Of a stretch of 64,000 bases of DNA, positions 1-13,982 are shown piece by piece (the stretch's first letter is position 1; the number at the start of each line of letters is the position of its first letter). The stretch covers positions 30,694,091 through 30,758,090 of the forward strand of contig CM119264.1 in NCBI GenBank assembly GCA_051294375.1, read 5' to 3'. The position numbers and the translations under genes were made by a program. A model generated the notes under the pieces. That model was not told the DNA's origin and did not search any database. It worked only from the letters and a program-made list of their open reading frames with translations. This DNA is from Paraspadella gotoi. Taxonomy: Eukaryota > Animalia > Chaetognatha.

Positions 1-593
1 CTCTCTTCTCTCTCTCTCTCTCTCTCTCTTCTTCGCGACGTCATATGCTAATCCTTTTTTTTTGGTTTCTTCGTCTGTTCTTTTTTTTGGTCCCTCGATG
101 ACAGACGGAGCTGGTGTCCAGACAGACGGAGCAAGTATCCTGACAGATTCGAGGGCGTGTCCAGACAGATGAGAGAAAGTATCCTGACAGATGCTGGGCG
201 TAGCATAGGCAAAGGCACACATATACATAATAACTAAATTTTAAATCACACATAAAGACATAATGACATCAAGACATTAATAAAATGATAACATTTAATG
301 TCATAATTTCTCAAAGGATTAATAATTATGTGCCAGCTACTAGTAAATATCGTAGAGTTTTCCCACATTTATAACTCATCCCAAAACTTTTCATGTAAAT
401 GAATTGTATGAAATAGAAGACTTAGTCTTTCAAACCTTATTTGCATTACATTCATTGGAGAGTTTAAAATGAATGGAATATTTTAACTTTCGTGAAGAAC
501 GAAAATAAAAAAAATAGTTTCTGTTCATATCAAATGTTTTTTGTGTCGAAAATTCTTTTATATTTTTAAACGTGAATTTTTTTTTCTCATTAT

Positions 594-926
594 TTTAAGT
601 ATTCCGCCGAGCAACTCTATAAGTCACTTTTCGGTCGGTCGGTCCGTCGGTCGGTCCGTTGGTCTGTCCCACTTACGTTAAAAATACATATAATTTGCCC
701 ATAGTTGGTTGCTCATTTGTTAAGACAGAAAAATCCTCAAATCTAAGAGACTGCTAGCGCCACCTTTAGAAATTCTTAAAAACTATAAGGAATAAAAGAC
801 GGAATGTGATCAAAGGGAAATATATAGGATCAACTGCACGTGGCAACGTTTTAGCGACTGTTCGCCAACAAATACATGTGAAAATAAAGCAACTGCCGGC
901 GCAACACATTGGAATTACCGTTCTAA
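594..926 (+). mobile_element. Non-autonomous HINE/DINE-1-like (Helentron-associated) element
   Basis: Has a (GGTC/CGTC)n tract near one end, T-rich flanks and a short subterminal inverted motif (tgcgccgc/gcggcgca across copies). A diverged reverse-complement copy lies at 63021-63280. The family assignment is inferred from structure only. Confidence 0.6.
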
Positions 927-1529
927 GTTTTCTTTTTTTCTTTTTCAATTTTTTTTTCATTTTTCCCAGGCTCTATAATTCACTTTGTCTGCCCGTCCGT
1001 CCGTCCCACCTTAGCAAAAAACACCATTACTCGTTTATTGATGGATGGATTGGAATGAAAATTTTGTGTGTGGGTAGGAAAGTGTGTGATTGAGCACTGA
1101 GCAGGAAATAAAGTTTCGATGGAATCGTCCAAGTGGAAATGAGTTAAATGGAAAAAAAACAAACAATCTATTTTACTATTTGATTATGCTTTTTATTTGT
1201 ATATTAATAAAATTGATTATTAATAAATAAGTAATAATTAATATTATTTTTGTAATTAATTAATTAATTACTGATCACCTGCTTTACCGCTAGGGATTGT
1301 AGGCAGATCCGACATTGTTTGGTCAAACTTGTTTATATTCAAAAGGTTCGCAGTGCACGACTTCTTCTCCTTCAACTCGTTTGTCTTTAAATCAGAATGA
1401 AAACACAATTTTCTTTCTCTTGACCTTGACATTGGGACTGGATCCATGTTTTCGGTTGAGGAAAAGGTGGGTTATGTCACTTTATTTTCGGAACAAGTAT
1501 TTTTGAGAGCTTTGACTATGGACAGCAGG

Positions 1530-1955
1530 GCGCCATGTCTTTTCAGAGAGCGACGTTCCATGCCACTTAACTCTGAAGCCATGTCTTCGAAGACAGCGAA
1601 CGTTCCACGCTTGACTTTGCAACCATGTCTTCTCACAGAGCGAGTCGTTATGTTACTTGACTTTTTTTCCATGTCTTTTTAGTCAGCAGGTCGCTATGTC
1701 TTCTTAGCGAGGCCAGGTCACTGGACTTTACAGCCATGTCTACTTGAGAGCAAGTCGCATGTCACTTGACTTTGCAGCCATGTTATCTTAGAGAGGAATT
1801 CGCCATGTCACTTGACTTTTTTTCCGTGTCTTCTCAGAGAGTAAGTCGCCATGTCATTGACTTTGCAACCATGTCACTTGACTTTTTTGCCATGTCTTCT
1901 CAGAGAGCAAGTCGCCATGTCACTTAAACTTTGCAGCCATGTCTTCTTAGAGATC
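1530..1955. repeat. Degenerate ~46-bp minisatellite built of 21- and 25-bp subunits sharing GCCATGTC
   Basis: Unit approximately gagagcaagtcgccatgtcacttgactttgcagccatgtcttctca. Repeated in copy B at ~9465-9890. Confidence 0.85.
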
Positions 1956-2816
1956 AAATTCAGAGGCGTGAGGTCGACGAATCTTCCTGATCCGAGTTGA
2001 TTTATGGTTTTTTTTCTATTTCAATATTTTTCGACTGAGTCTTCATTTCTTCTTTCCATTCGACTTAGTCGCTCCTTTCCTCTACTTTCCTTCCTTTTTT
2101 TCCCTTTCTCTCCTTTCCTTCCTTTCTTCTTTTTTCCTTCCTTTCTTCTCTTTTCTCTACTTTCCTCTCCTTTCCTCTCCTTTCCTCTCCTTTCCTTCAT
2201 TTCTTCTCCTTTCCTCCCTTCCTTCATTTCTTCTCTCCTTTCCTCTCCTTTCCTCTCCTTTCCTCTCTTTCCTCTCCTTCCTTCATTTCTTCTCCTTCCT
2301 CTCCTTTCCTTCATTTCTTCTCTTTCCTTCCTTCTTCTCCTTCTCCTTCATTCTTCTCCTTCCTCCTCCTTCCTTCCTTTCTTCTCCCTTTCTTTTCTTT
2401 TCCACTTTCTGCCCTTCCCTCCTCCTCTACTTTTCTCTTTTTCTCCCTCTCCTTTTCCCTTTTCTTTGCTCCTTTTCTTTGTTTCTTCCCTAAATTTTCT
2501 TCCGTCTTTCCTTTTCTCCTTTCCTTCCTTTCTTTTCATCATTTCCTACCTTTTCTTTTCCTAATTTTTCCTCCTTCCTTTATTCAATCATTTGCTTTCT
2601 TCTACCTTTCCTTTCCTCCTTACCTTCTTTCCTTGTTTACTCCCTTTCCTTGTCCTCCCCTACCTTTTTCCTCCCTGCCTCCTTCCGCATGAACCTCTTC
2701 ATTTTTCCAAGTTCATTTTTTTCCTCCCCCTTAATCTCCAGGAATTGGTTAAAGATTTAACTCTAGCTTCTTACATGACAGAGAGACAACCGAAGAAAAT
2801 AGATACGGAGAGAGAG

Positions 2817-2856
<40 letters not shown>

Positions 2857-3944
2857 AAGAAAATCTCGACTGAAATCTTCGTCGCAAACTTTTTTTTTAA
2901 TCAAAATTTCATTTTTCTTTTCTTTTTTTCTAGATTTTTATTCCTTTTTTCTTTTTTAATTTTCTTTTCTTTCTTTTTCCTTTCTTTTCTTTCCTTCCTT
3001 TTTTTGATCAAGTACAAAACTTTTTTCGAGCGAGAGTTGCTTTCCGCTTTTTCAACGTTGAACACCGCAAAAAAATTAGAAGGTGGAACATGTGAAAGGT
3101 TGAGAACTTGAGAGATGGAAAAAAGTTTTTTATTTTAAGCTTAAATTTTTTTTTTCTTTTGTTTTGATTGATCTTCTGCTTTGTTTCCTCTTGACTTTTC
3201 TGACTTTCAAATAAAAAAAATTCGCCTTGATGTAAAGAAAACTCTGTCAAAAAAAAGGTAATTTTAAAAAATGATGATTTCTTATTTTCAGATGTGTTAA
3301 GCGTGAGAGAAGGCTTTCAGATTCTGGTATGTATAGACCTCCCCAGTATCAAAAAATTGTCTCCCAGTTCTCACTCGGTTTCGGTTTCCAGTTATTTATC
3401 ATTCTCCCGTCCCTCGATCTTATCCCGGAAAATATTAAATAAAGTTTTAACTCCAAATCTGAAAAAAAAATGTGACCGCGTATCAACCCAATGAAAGCGT
3501 CAAAGTCAATTAGCGCATACCTCGTGTTGTAAATTTTTTTTTTTCTAAAAAAAATCTCATAATTTTCCTTATTGTTAATTTTTATTAAATAATTTGCTAC
3601 CAAATGATTTAAAACTAAATTAATTATTTAAAAAGTATTTTTTTAAAAACAGGCATCTTGTATAAACCGAAGTAAGGTAAAATAAACCGGAGTAAAGGAA
3701 AAATAACCGGAAGTAGTATTAAAATAACCTTTCTAGAAAAAGGTATAGTTTTAGACCAAAGGCAATTAAAAGAACTAAAACTTAACATTTTGAAGAGCTT
3801 ATGCCTACAATACAGAGAGTAGGGAGATACAGTAACAGTATATATATATACTACAATATATATAATACATATAATATAATATATAATTATATATAATATA
3901 TATTAAGTGTAAGATATAACATAAGAATTATGTTTAGAGAAAAC

Positions 3945-4703
3945 TGTAACGAACTGAAGTCGTAGAGGTGGCTATCGTTGATTCGCTAACTTTCCTGAAC
4001 TAATTCTGCGCTATCATAAGTAGAGGAATTCGAGGTTGATGGCGCAAAAGAGACGATGGCACCGGTCCACTAGCTCAGATGGCTGACGACAAAGTCTCGG
4101 CAAAGATGATCGTCGACGACAAGGGGACGATCAAGTCGATGCGAAATCCAGGATTTCTCTGAAGCTAAAAGAGCCCTTGAAGCTAAAGTTAGAAATCTGG
4201 ACAAAGGGAAAAAACATTTAATACACACTCAGTAAATATATATATAAAATTTAAAAGAGATTCTCTTACTTGTTTCTGAAGCCAGAATTGGTAAAATGTT
4301 GCCTCTATCACAAAGAAAGTCCACCAATCCAGCGATCACAAAAACTTATTATTAAAAAACGTGTTTCCAGAAAATCTATATGCGAATTGTTGAAAACTTA
4401 TATAAAAAGTAGCAAAAACGCAGTGTGAGACTAAGTGAATTCTGAAAGGCTACAACGTCGATAGAAATCAGGACTGAGATCTATCGAAACGGCGGCAACC
4501 AATCAGAGCCCGCCACGCACTGCCTCGGAAACTTGTACTTAAGTATATACTTTAACTACATAATCGAAAACTAGAGATGTCCGCTGTGATCGCCAAGAGA
4601 AACGGAATATCCTTGCGTTAGTAAGGAAACAAAAGAACAGTTGGGGAAAAGGTAGAGAAGCTGGAAATTTCCTCGTAATATATTGGATCATCATTACGTA
4701 ACA
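3945..4703 (-). mobile_element. Solo LTR, BEL/Pao family, intron-containing
   Basis: Termini on + are TGTAAC...GTAACA, with a perfect 5-bp TSD AAAAC (3940-3944, 4704-4708). The reverse complement aligns at both ends and over most of its length with the LTR at 13983-14702. GT-AG intron at 4197-4269 on the minus strand. Confidence 0.92.
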
Positions 4704-7700
4704 AAAACAAAGTTTTTATTGTTTACAACACAACAATTTTTTTTGTTTAAAAATGGACATGGTTAAAAAAAAAAAAAAAGATAGACTCTTGGTTGTTTAT
4801 TATTAAATTCGTATTTTGCCGCTTAGGAAGTATCTGATTAAGTATTTTAAATGTAGATCGCGATTGGTCAGTCCTTTTTCACTGTTCTTACCCAAAGTTA
4901 TAAAAGAGACGTACTTACCTAAAGCTGTGAGGATAAATTACCAATGATTCATGACAGTTAGTAAAAATTTAAATGTTATATATTTGCAATTTTATGATTA
5001 AGTTTAAAGTTGACTATTTTAATAAGTTCTCTTTTTATGTTGAGAAATAGAATTGACTACATGATTCACGCCTCACGCCCATTTTTAATATCTACTACTA
5101 ATAATAATTACTAAATTGATATTCTTCAAATTTCTATAAAAGAATAGCAAAGCAGAAAATACTAGCTCGTTCACGCGTTACGGTAAAATCCTCAATAGAC
5201 ATGTTTCAACTCTGTGGTTGCAAAGAGAGGAGAGAGAGAGAAAAGAGAATAATGGTTGTCAACAAAGAACTAAGAAATAATAAAGTAAAAGTTTTGAAAG
5301 CCAAAATGGTGAAAATGAAATTATCAAATTGTGAATAGTTTGAGTTGCCTCACTTTCTGATTGATTTTAAAAAATGACGACAAAGGAGGATTCAAAAAAT
5401 GTTTATTACAGTTTAAAATAGGCCAACAAGGGAGTAAAAGCATTTGATTTGTTTGTAAACAAGCGGCAAATAAAACAAATCTTGGTTAAAAATATGAACG
5501 GTCCTAAAACCATTCAAAGTTGGAGGCAACTGCCGGACAGTGATATCGAGTTGATGCTGTTTGGATCAGGGATAAATCCTTTGGGGATAATGCTAATACT
5601 ACTCAAATGTTCATTGAGCCCGCTGCCATCCTTCGAGAGCCCTCTTCTCACCGCTGACAGTAAGGTGAGCAGTCATCCATTATTGCTTCTTTTGCAACAG
5701 GAGTGACGGACTCCCTTCCTCTATCCAAATATTCTTTATTGAGGGATGCCCGGTTCGTGGAGAGACGAACTAAGTTGCTTCAGTAGGGTTGACCTTATTT
5801 TGCTTCCCTTAACTCTGTCTCTTCTCTACTTAATCCCAATCCACTCTCCATTCTTGTTCTTTGTTAAAAACCTTTATCTCTCTCTAGCTCTACTCTAATA
5901 AAGACAGCTTATCAGTAATATGTCAATTAAACTTAATTCCCATTATTTTTAATTATTATTTCAAATTTTTTTAAATTATTATTATTACCATTAGTAGAAT
6001 TAATATTATTATTATTTATTTCAATTATTTTTAATTATTATTTTTTAAAGAAAAAATTAAAGAATGATGGAGATTTAAGTTCGTCTTTTGATCAAGGAAA
6101 AAACTAAATTATTTTAAAAATCATTGAGAATTAATATTGTATTTCAGTTAATTTGCTCTTTATCTAGCAAAAAGGTTAGGAAAAAAAATGTTGTGGCATT
6201 TCTATAAATTTCCTATAGCAGTAATTTTTTTTAACTGAGGTAAAAATATTACCTATAATTTTGAATTGATTGAGGATATGACTAAGCTTGGCCCAAAATC
6301 ATTGCCCATTGCTTGAAAAACAAAGATAAAAAATAAAAATATATATATTGGTTGTACAAATTTCATATAATAAAAATCTAACTTTTTTGTTACATTTAAA
6401 AATTAATTTTCATTAAATTGACTATAAAAAACACATATCTCTCTCTCTCTCTCTCTCCCTCTATTATGCTGCAGAACCCATGTTTTTTTTTCTTAAATTT
6501 TCCTCTCAATGTGCCTAAGACAAAACTTTAGAAAAAAGTGAAGAGAGAAAAAAACCTAAAAAGGGAACTAAATTTTTTTCATAAGATGAAGTTGAGATAA
6601 AAACGGATCTAATTTCTTGCTTTCTTCCTCTTGGAAAATTTCCAACTATTTTCAACTCTATTTTTTTCTTTTCTATTTCCTACTTTCCTTTCTCTACTTA
6701 TCTCTCTCTCTCTCACCTTCTCTCTCTCTACTCTCTCTCTCTCTTCTCTGCTTCTTTCTCTCTCTCTTTCCTCTCTCTCATATCGCTCATACGGTTCTCT
6801 CATCATGCCAATTCTGACAGAGCGCATATATGGGCTTCAGCACTCATGTCTTTGCACTCAATCTCTTTCTCCCTCTCACCCTCTCTGTCTCTTTTTTCAG
6901 CATCTCTCTTCTCTCTCCGACTCTTCCTCTATCGCCTTCTCTCCTCTTTTCCAATCTCCCTATCTCTTTTCCTCGCCATACTCCTTCACTTCATCTCTCT
7001 CTGCTCCCGCCTCTTCCCTCTCATCTTACTCACTCTTCTCCTCTCTCTCTCTCTCTCTCTCACTCTCTCTCTTTGATATTGAGAGACGTTTCTCAGATCA
7101 GAGACGCTTTGAGAAATGGCGGGAAAATCTGCTAGGAATTCTTGTTTCCGGTTCCATTACGGGAATCACCCACTATCCTCCATTTTGTACAGATTTTATT
7201 TTTTTTCTTTTGTCCATATCTTATCAGTTTTCTCATTTCTCTTAATCTTAAAAATTAATGAATATACAATTATATATATTATACATACATAAAAACTATA
7301 TCATTGTATATATATATATGTATTAGAGAGCAGTTAAAGTTGCACATAAAAATTTTATTATTCAAGAAATTATTAAAGTCGTTATATGTTATTAAATATT
7401 TTAGTTCTTATACTTACTACGACTAAAATGTCCAAATTTTTTAAAAAATTTTCTCTGCTTTGATGGAAACCTTTATGAAACTATGAAATATTTTTTGAAA
7501 TTCGTTTATTAAGTTACTAAGTATCTATAGTTATACATAAAAAAGAAAATCCACGTTTAAACTTTCGAACAATATTATTTTTTTTCATATTTTTGACAAT
7601 TATAGCTCAATTCGTGAATTGCAAACTTAAAGATAAAATTTTGTATACAATAATCCTTATTAGTACAATGTAGCTAAATCTTGACTCATTGAATTTTACT

Positions 7701-7926
7701 TCAAAGCAAATTTAAAATTTTCATTACGCTTTAATTAATAGCTAAGTAGTACTATCTCATTTTCACTTATTCTGTCTCCCTCTCTCTCTTTTCCCTTGAC
7801 GCAAAGTTTGGGGCGTCATATTGACCCCTTCCTCCTCCCGTCTCTCAGAGGTCAGAGAAGTCACGCCCCTTCCTTGCCCCTCTCTCTTTCTATCTCCCCT
7901 TTGAGGAGTCAGAAGTATCACATGAG

Positions 7927-7939
<13 letters not shown>

Positions 7940-7977
<38 letters not shown>

Positions 7978-10752
7978 CGACGTCATATGCTAATCCTTTT
8001 TTTTTGGTTTCTTCGTCTGTTTCTTTTTTTTGGTCCCTCGATGACAGACGGAGCTGGTGTCCAGACAGACGGAGCAAGTATCCTGACAGATTCGAGGCGT
8101 GTCCAGACAGATGGAGAAAGTATCCTGACAGATGCTGGGCGTAGCATAGGCAAAGGCACACATATACATAATAACTAAATTTTAAATCACACATAAAGAC
8201 ATAATGACATCAAGACATTAATAACATGATAACATTTAATGTTATAATTTCTCAAAGGATTAATAATTCTGTGTCAGCTACTAGTAACATCGTAGAGTTT
8301 TCCACATTTATAACTCATCCCAAAACTTTTCATGTAAATGAATTGTATGAAATAGAAGACTTAGTCTTTCAAACCTTATTTGCATTACATTCATTGGGAG
8401 AGTTTTAAAATGAATGGAATATTTTAACTTTCGTGAAGAACGAAAATAAAAAAAAATAGTTTCTGTCATATCAAATGTTTTTTTGTGGTCGAAAATTCTT
8501 TTATATTTTTAACGTGAATTTTTTTTCTCATTATTTTAGTATTCGCCGAGCAACTCTATAAGTCACTTTTCGGTCGGTCGGTCCGTCGGTCGGTCCGTTG
8601 GTCTGTCCCACTTACGTTAAAAATACATATAATTTGCCCATAGTTGGTTGCTCATTTGTTAAGACAGAAAAATCCTCAAATCTAAGAGACTGCTAGCGCC
8701 ACCTTTAGGAATTCTTAAAACTATAAGGAATAAAAGACGGAATGTGATCAAAGGGAAATATATAGGATCAACTGCACGTGGCAACGTTTAGCGACTGTTC
8801 GCCACAAATACATGTGAAAATAAAGCAACTGCGGCGCAACACATTGGAATTACCGTTCTAGTTTCTTTTTTTCTTTTTCAATTTTTTTTTCATTTTTTCC
8901 CGGCTCTATAATTCACTTTGTCTGCCCGTCCGTCCGTCCCACCTTAGCAAAAAACACCAATTACTCGTTTATTGATGGATGGATTGGAATGAAATTTTGT
9001 GTGTGGGTAGGAAAGTGTGTGATTGAGCACTGAGCAGGAAATAAAGTTTCGATGGAATCGTCCAAGTGGAAATGAGTTAAAATGGAAAAAACAAACAATC
9101 TATTTTACTATTTGATTATGCTTTTTTTATTTGTATATTAATAAATTGATTATTAATAAATAAGTAATAATTAATTATTATTTTTTGTAATTAATTAATT
9201 AATTATCTGATCACCTGCTTACCGCTAGGGATTGTAGGCAGATCCGACATTGTTTGGTCAAACTTGTTTTATATTCAAAAGGTTCGCATGCACGACTTCT
9301 TCTCCTTCAACTCGTTTTGTCTTTAAAGTCAGAATGAAAAACACAATTTTCTTTCTCTTGACCTTGACATTGGGACTGGATCCATGTTTTCGGTGAGGAA
9401 AAGGTGGGTTTGTCACTTTATTTTCGGAACAAGTATTTTTGAGAGCTTTGACTATGGACAGCAGGGCGCCATGTCTTTTCAGAGAGCGACGTTCCATGCC
9501 ACTTAACTCTGAAGCCATGTCTTCGAAGACAGCGACGTTCCACGCTTGACTTTGCAACCATGTCTTCTCACAGAGCGAGTCGTTATGTTACTTGACTTTT
9601 TTTCCATGTCTTTTTAGTCAGCAGGTCGCTATGTCTTCTTAGCGAGCCAGGTCACTGGACTTTACAGCCATGTCTACTTTGAGAGCAAGTCGCCATGTCA
9701 CTTGACTTTGCAGCCATGTTATCTTAGAGAGGAATTCGCCATGTCACTTGACTTTTTTTCCGTGTCTTCTCAGAGAGTAAGTCGCCATGTCATTTGACTT
9801 TGCAACCATGTCACTTGACTTTTTTGCCATGTCTTCTCAGAGAGCAAGTCGCCATGTCACTTAACTTTGCAGCCATGTCTTCTTAGAGATCAAATTCAGA
9901 GGCGTGAGGTCGACGAATCTTCCTGATCCGAGTTGATTTATGGTTTTTTTTCTATTTCAATATTTTTCGACTGAGTCTTCATTTCTTCTTTCCATTCGAC
10001 TTAGTCGCTCCTTTCCTCTACTTTCCTTCCTTTTTTTCCCTTTTCTCTCCTTTCCTTCCTTTCTTCTTTTTTCCTTCCTTTCTTCTCTTTTCCTCTACTT
10101 TCCTCTCCTTTCCTCTCCTTTCCTCTCCTTTCCTTCATTTCTTCTCCTTTCCTCTCCTTTCCTTCATTTCTTCTCCTTTCCTCTCCTTTCCTCTCCTTTC
10201 CTCTCCTTTCCTCTCCTTTCCTTCATTTCTTCTCCTTTCCTCTCCTTTCCTTCATTTCTTCTCCTTTCCTTCCTTTCTTCTCCTTTCCTTCCTTTCTTCT
10301 CCTTCCCTCTCCATTCCTTCCTTTCTTCTCCCTTTCTTTTTCTTTTCCCACTTTCTTGCCTCTCCCTCCTCCTCTACTTTTCTCTTTTTCTCCCTCTCCT
10401 TTTCCCTTTTCTTTGCTCCTTTTCTTTGTTCTTTCCTAAATTTTCTTCCGTCTTTCCTTTTCTCCTTTCCTTCCTTTCTTTTCATCATTTCCTACCTTTT
10501 CTTTCCTAATTTTTTCCTTCCCTTCCTTTATTCAAATCATTTGCTTTCTTCTACCTTTCCTTTCCTCCTTACCTTTCTTTCCTTGTTTACTCCCTTTCCT
10601 TTCCTCCCCTACCTTTTTCCTCCCTGCCTCCTTCCGCATGAACCTCTTCATTTTTCCAAGTTCATTTTTTTCCTCCCCCTTAATCTCCAGGAATTGGTTA
10701 AAGATTTAACTCTAGCTTCTTACATGACAGAGAGACAACCGAAGAAAATAGA

Positions 10753-10814
<62 letters not shown>

Positions 10815-11281
10815 AAAATCTCGGACTGAAATCTTCGTCGCAAACTTTTTTTTTAATCAAAATTTTCATTTTTCTTTTTTTCTAGATTTTTATTCCTTTT
10901 TTCTTTTTTAATTTTCTTTTCTTTTCTTTTCCTTTCTTTTCTTTTCCTTCCTTTTTTTTTGATCAAGTACAAAACTTTTTCGAGCGAGAGTTGCTTTCCG
11001 CTTTTTTCAACGTTGAACACCGCAAAAAAATTAGAAGGTGGAACATGTGAAGGTTGAGAACTTGAGAGATGGAAAAAAGTTTTTTTATTTTAAGCTTAAA
11101 TTTTTTTTTTTCTTTTTGTTTGATTGATCTTCTGCTTTGTTCCTCTTGACTTTTCTGACTTTCAAATAAAAAAATTCGCCTTGATGTAAAGAAAACTCTG
11201 TCAAAAAAAAGGTAATTTTAAAAAATGATGATTTCTTATTTTCAGATGTGTTAAGCGTGAGAGAAGGCTTTCAGATTCTGG
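7940..11281 (+). repeat. Copy B of the direct duplication of 1-3327
   Basis: Same order of HINE-like element, 46-bp minisatellite, pyrimidine tract and (AG)n. Homology ends at ...cagattctgg (11281). Confidence 0.95.
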
Positions 11282-11744
11282 CTAATCGTTACCTATTATT
11301 TTGGAAGAGGCACGAATGCCATTAGCTATAGCCTGTCAAAAAATTAGGAGGAAAAATATCCTAAACGAATGGATTAATATTACATTTGTTGTAGCAATTT
11401 AATATTCACTTTCCCCTTGTCAGGCCGGTGAAATAATTTCCCCTGGCACAATCGACTTTTTCCTGTTACTCTTATTTGATAAGTGGCCTTCGGAAGAAGA
11501 TCAGATTTTGCTCATTTGTTTGGCTTCGTTATCTGCAGCGACATCTCCAAACGCCGAAGTCTGTATTCTTGGGAATTATGAGCTATGAGCTATAAGCTGG
11601 CGCCAAGACAAGAAAACAGAAAAATATGGGCCAAATCTCGTACTATTTGTAGTATAAGCTCATGATAGTTTGTGTAGTTAATGCGGGTGGACCTTATGGT
11701 GTATAAGTAGATAAGCTAATAATAAAACAAAAAATAAATAAAGA

Positions 11745-11745
11745 C

Positions 11746-11808
<63 letters not shown>

Positions 11809-11962
11809 CAGAAAGAAAGAACGAAATAAAGAAACCAAGAAAAATAGACATGAAGAAAGAAAGAGACAAAAAAGAAATATAAAAAGAAAAAAGAAAAAAA
11901 TAAAAAAGATAGAAAGAAAAATAGAAGAAAGAGAAACACAAAAATTAAAGAAATAAAGAAAA

Positions 11963-12008
<46 letters not shown>

Positions 12009-12205
12009 CAAAGATGGAAAGAAAGAAAGAGACAAAAAGAAAGAAAGAAAGAAAGAAAGAAAAAGAAAGAAAGAAAGAAAAACGGAAAGCAAGAAAGAAA
12101 GAAAGATGGAAAGAAAGAAAGAGACAAAAAGAAAGAAAGAAATAAAAAAGAAAGAAAGAAAAAGAAAGAAAGAAAGAAAAACGGAAAGCAAGAAAGAAAG
12201 AAAGA
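11745..12205. repeat. (AAAG)n microsatellite / purine-rich low complexity
   Basis: Directly visible. Confidence 0.95.
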
Positions 12206-12275
12206 TGAGTCCGTATCGATCTTATGGTTCGTGTTTTTCAACTCGTCGCTCAATAAAAGTCTGTTATCCTCTATT

Positions 12276-12312
<37 letters not shown>

Positions 12313-12515
12313 TCTCTCTCTCTCTCCGATCCTTCGCTCTCTTCTCTCTTCTCTCTCTCTCTCTCTCTTCTCTCTTAACTCCTTCCCTGTTTTCTTCAAT
12401 CGTGGACTTTTTCTTTTCCTCCGTGGAAAGAGAGAGAACAAACTAAACGTTCCTTCTCTCTCACAGAAAATTGAAGCATAAATCACCGGGCAGACGACGA
12501 GGAGAAGAGAGAGAG

Positions 12516-12552
<37 letters not shown>

Positions 12553-12867
12553 GAGAGAGAGAGGGGGGGTGGTAAAAAAAGAGGTAAGAAACGGTGAATT
12601 GGACTGAGAATGGGAATGGATGAAAAAAAAAGAACAAGTTACGAAGGATGAACTTCGAAAAAAAAGAAAGAAAGAAAAAAGAGGAAAAGAAATATTATTA
12701 GAGATAATAGAAGGATTACAAAGAGATAAAGACACAAGAGAATTTAAAAAAAGAGAGAAAGAAAAAGTTTTAAGTAAAATGAAGAGAAATAGAAAGTGAA
12801 AAAAAGCGTTAAAAACGAAGAAAAATAGAAAGAAATAAATAGAAATAGAAAGAGAAAAGAAAGGGTT

Positions 12868-13982
12868 TGTATTGAACTATGTTGTTAGCCGGAACAGGTT
12901 GAAAACTTAGAAGTTCTCTTCAATAAATAATGATAAAGTGATGTAGAGAAATGGAAAATAAAAATAATTTTAAAAAATTATTCTTATTATAAGCGCACGG
13001 AACATTTAAAAGATTATTTTATTACTATATAATTTAAAAATTTTTTTGAATTTTTTCAATTTTTTTTTTAATGGATCTGATAGAGCTTTAAAAGTTAGAT
13101 AAAGGTTATTAATACAAAATTTTTAAAAAATTTTTTTGGTTTATGATAAAAAAATTTTAAAAAACTATAAAAATTCAGCCGATGTGATGATTATTGATGA
13201 TTTTTTAACGTTTTTTCTTGTTTTTTTAACCAATTTCTTGATTCAAAATTTTTTTAAATTGTAGTATAACTTTCATTTAACTTTTTAAGCTCTATAGGAA
13301 TCCGTTCTTAAAACTAATTTTTTAAAAAAAATTTTTGTCATTTGTTATATATTAATAAATACTTTAAAAGCTTCAGTGGCAACACCCAATGAACTAATCA
13401 AAAAGTTACATTGAAAATCGATTTTATAATAGAAAGGAAAAAAAGGGAATTTTTTTGAGAGAACTAGAAGTTATAAAAAGTGCTTCAATTTTTGGCCGCC
13501 TTAATGTTCGTAGAGGTGGCTGTCGTTGACAACTAACTGGCTGAGCTGATCCTGCGCTATCAAAAACGAGAGAATTTCGAGTTGAGATTGCGCGGACGAG
13601 ACGATGCGCCGTCAAAGACGCTCAAGATGATCTTGACGACAAAGTCGAAGCCAAGCACTTCATAGTTGGTATTGAAGTAGTGTGAGTGAGTTAAAGTCTT
13701 GTTTCTGAAGCACAAATTTGTAGAAATGGTTGCCTCTATCACAAGGAAGGAAAGTCCACCATCCAGCGATCACTAGTTTCTATTAAAAAAGAAGTTTCCG
13801 AGAAATCTTAAAATAGCGATTATTATCTTTTAAAAAGTAGTAAAACAGCCATTGCAAGACTGAACAAATCTGAGAGGTTACACGTCGATAGAAATCAACA
13901 AATGCTGATCTGACGAAACGGCGGGAACCAACAGAAACAGCCATGCGTAGCCATCGAAAGCGTTACTTAAAGTATAGTATAC
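12868..13982 (-). mobile_element. Inverted BEL/Pao LTR, intronless, interrupted by a 620-bp insert and truncated in U3 by the plus-strand element
   Basis: tgtattgaactatgtt at 12868 is the reverse complement of the LTR 3' end (aacatagttcaataca, ending 14702). 13504-13982 is the reverse complement of ~14135-14692 without the intron. Confidence 0.9.
12884..13503. mobile_element. AT-rich foldback/MITE-like insertion within the inverted LTR
   Basis: Flanked by duplicated ATGTT (12879-12883, 13504-13508). Internal inverted arms: ggatctgatagagctttaaaagttagataaaggttat (~13074) versus ataactttcatttaactttttaagctctataggaatcc (to ~13303). Confidence 0.75.

Larger units (their letters stand above)
1..3327 (+). 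repeat. Copy A of a direct duplication of at least 3.3 kb (copy B at ~7940-11281)
   Basis: Colinear and near-identical from the (CT)n-cttcgcgacgtcatatgc start to gagaaggctttcagattctgg. Differences are mostly 1-nt indels and repeat-length changes. Copy A runs off the window start. Confidence 0.95.

Noticed and set aside
1472-1955. Minus-strand repeat protein (EDMAAKSSDMATCSL-like) encoded by the minisatellite
   Set aside because: The main unit is 46 bp, not a multiple of 3, so the frame is not kept, and no convincing splice sites flank it.
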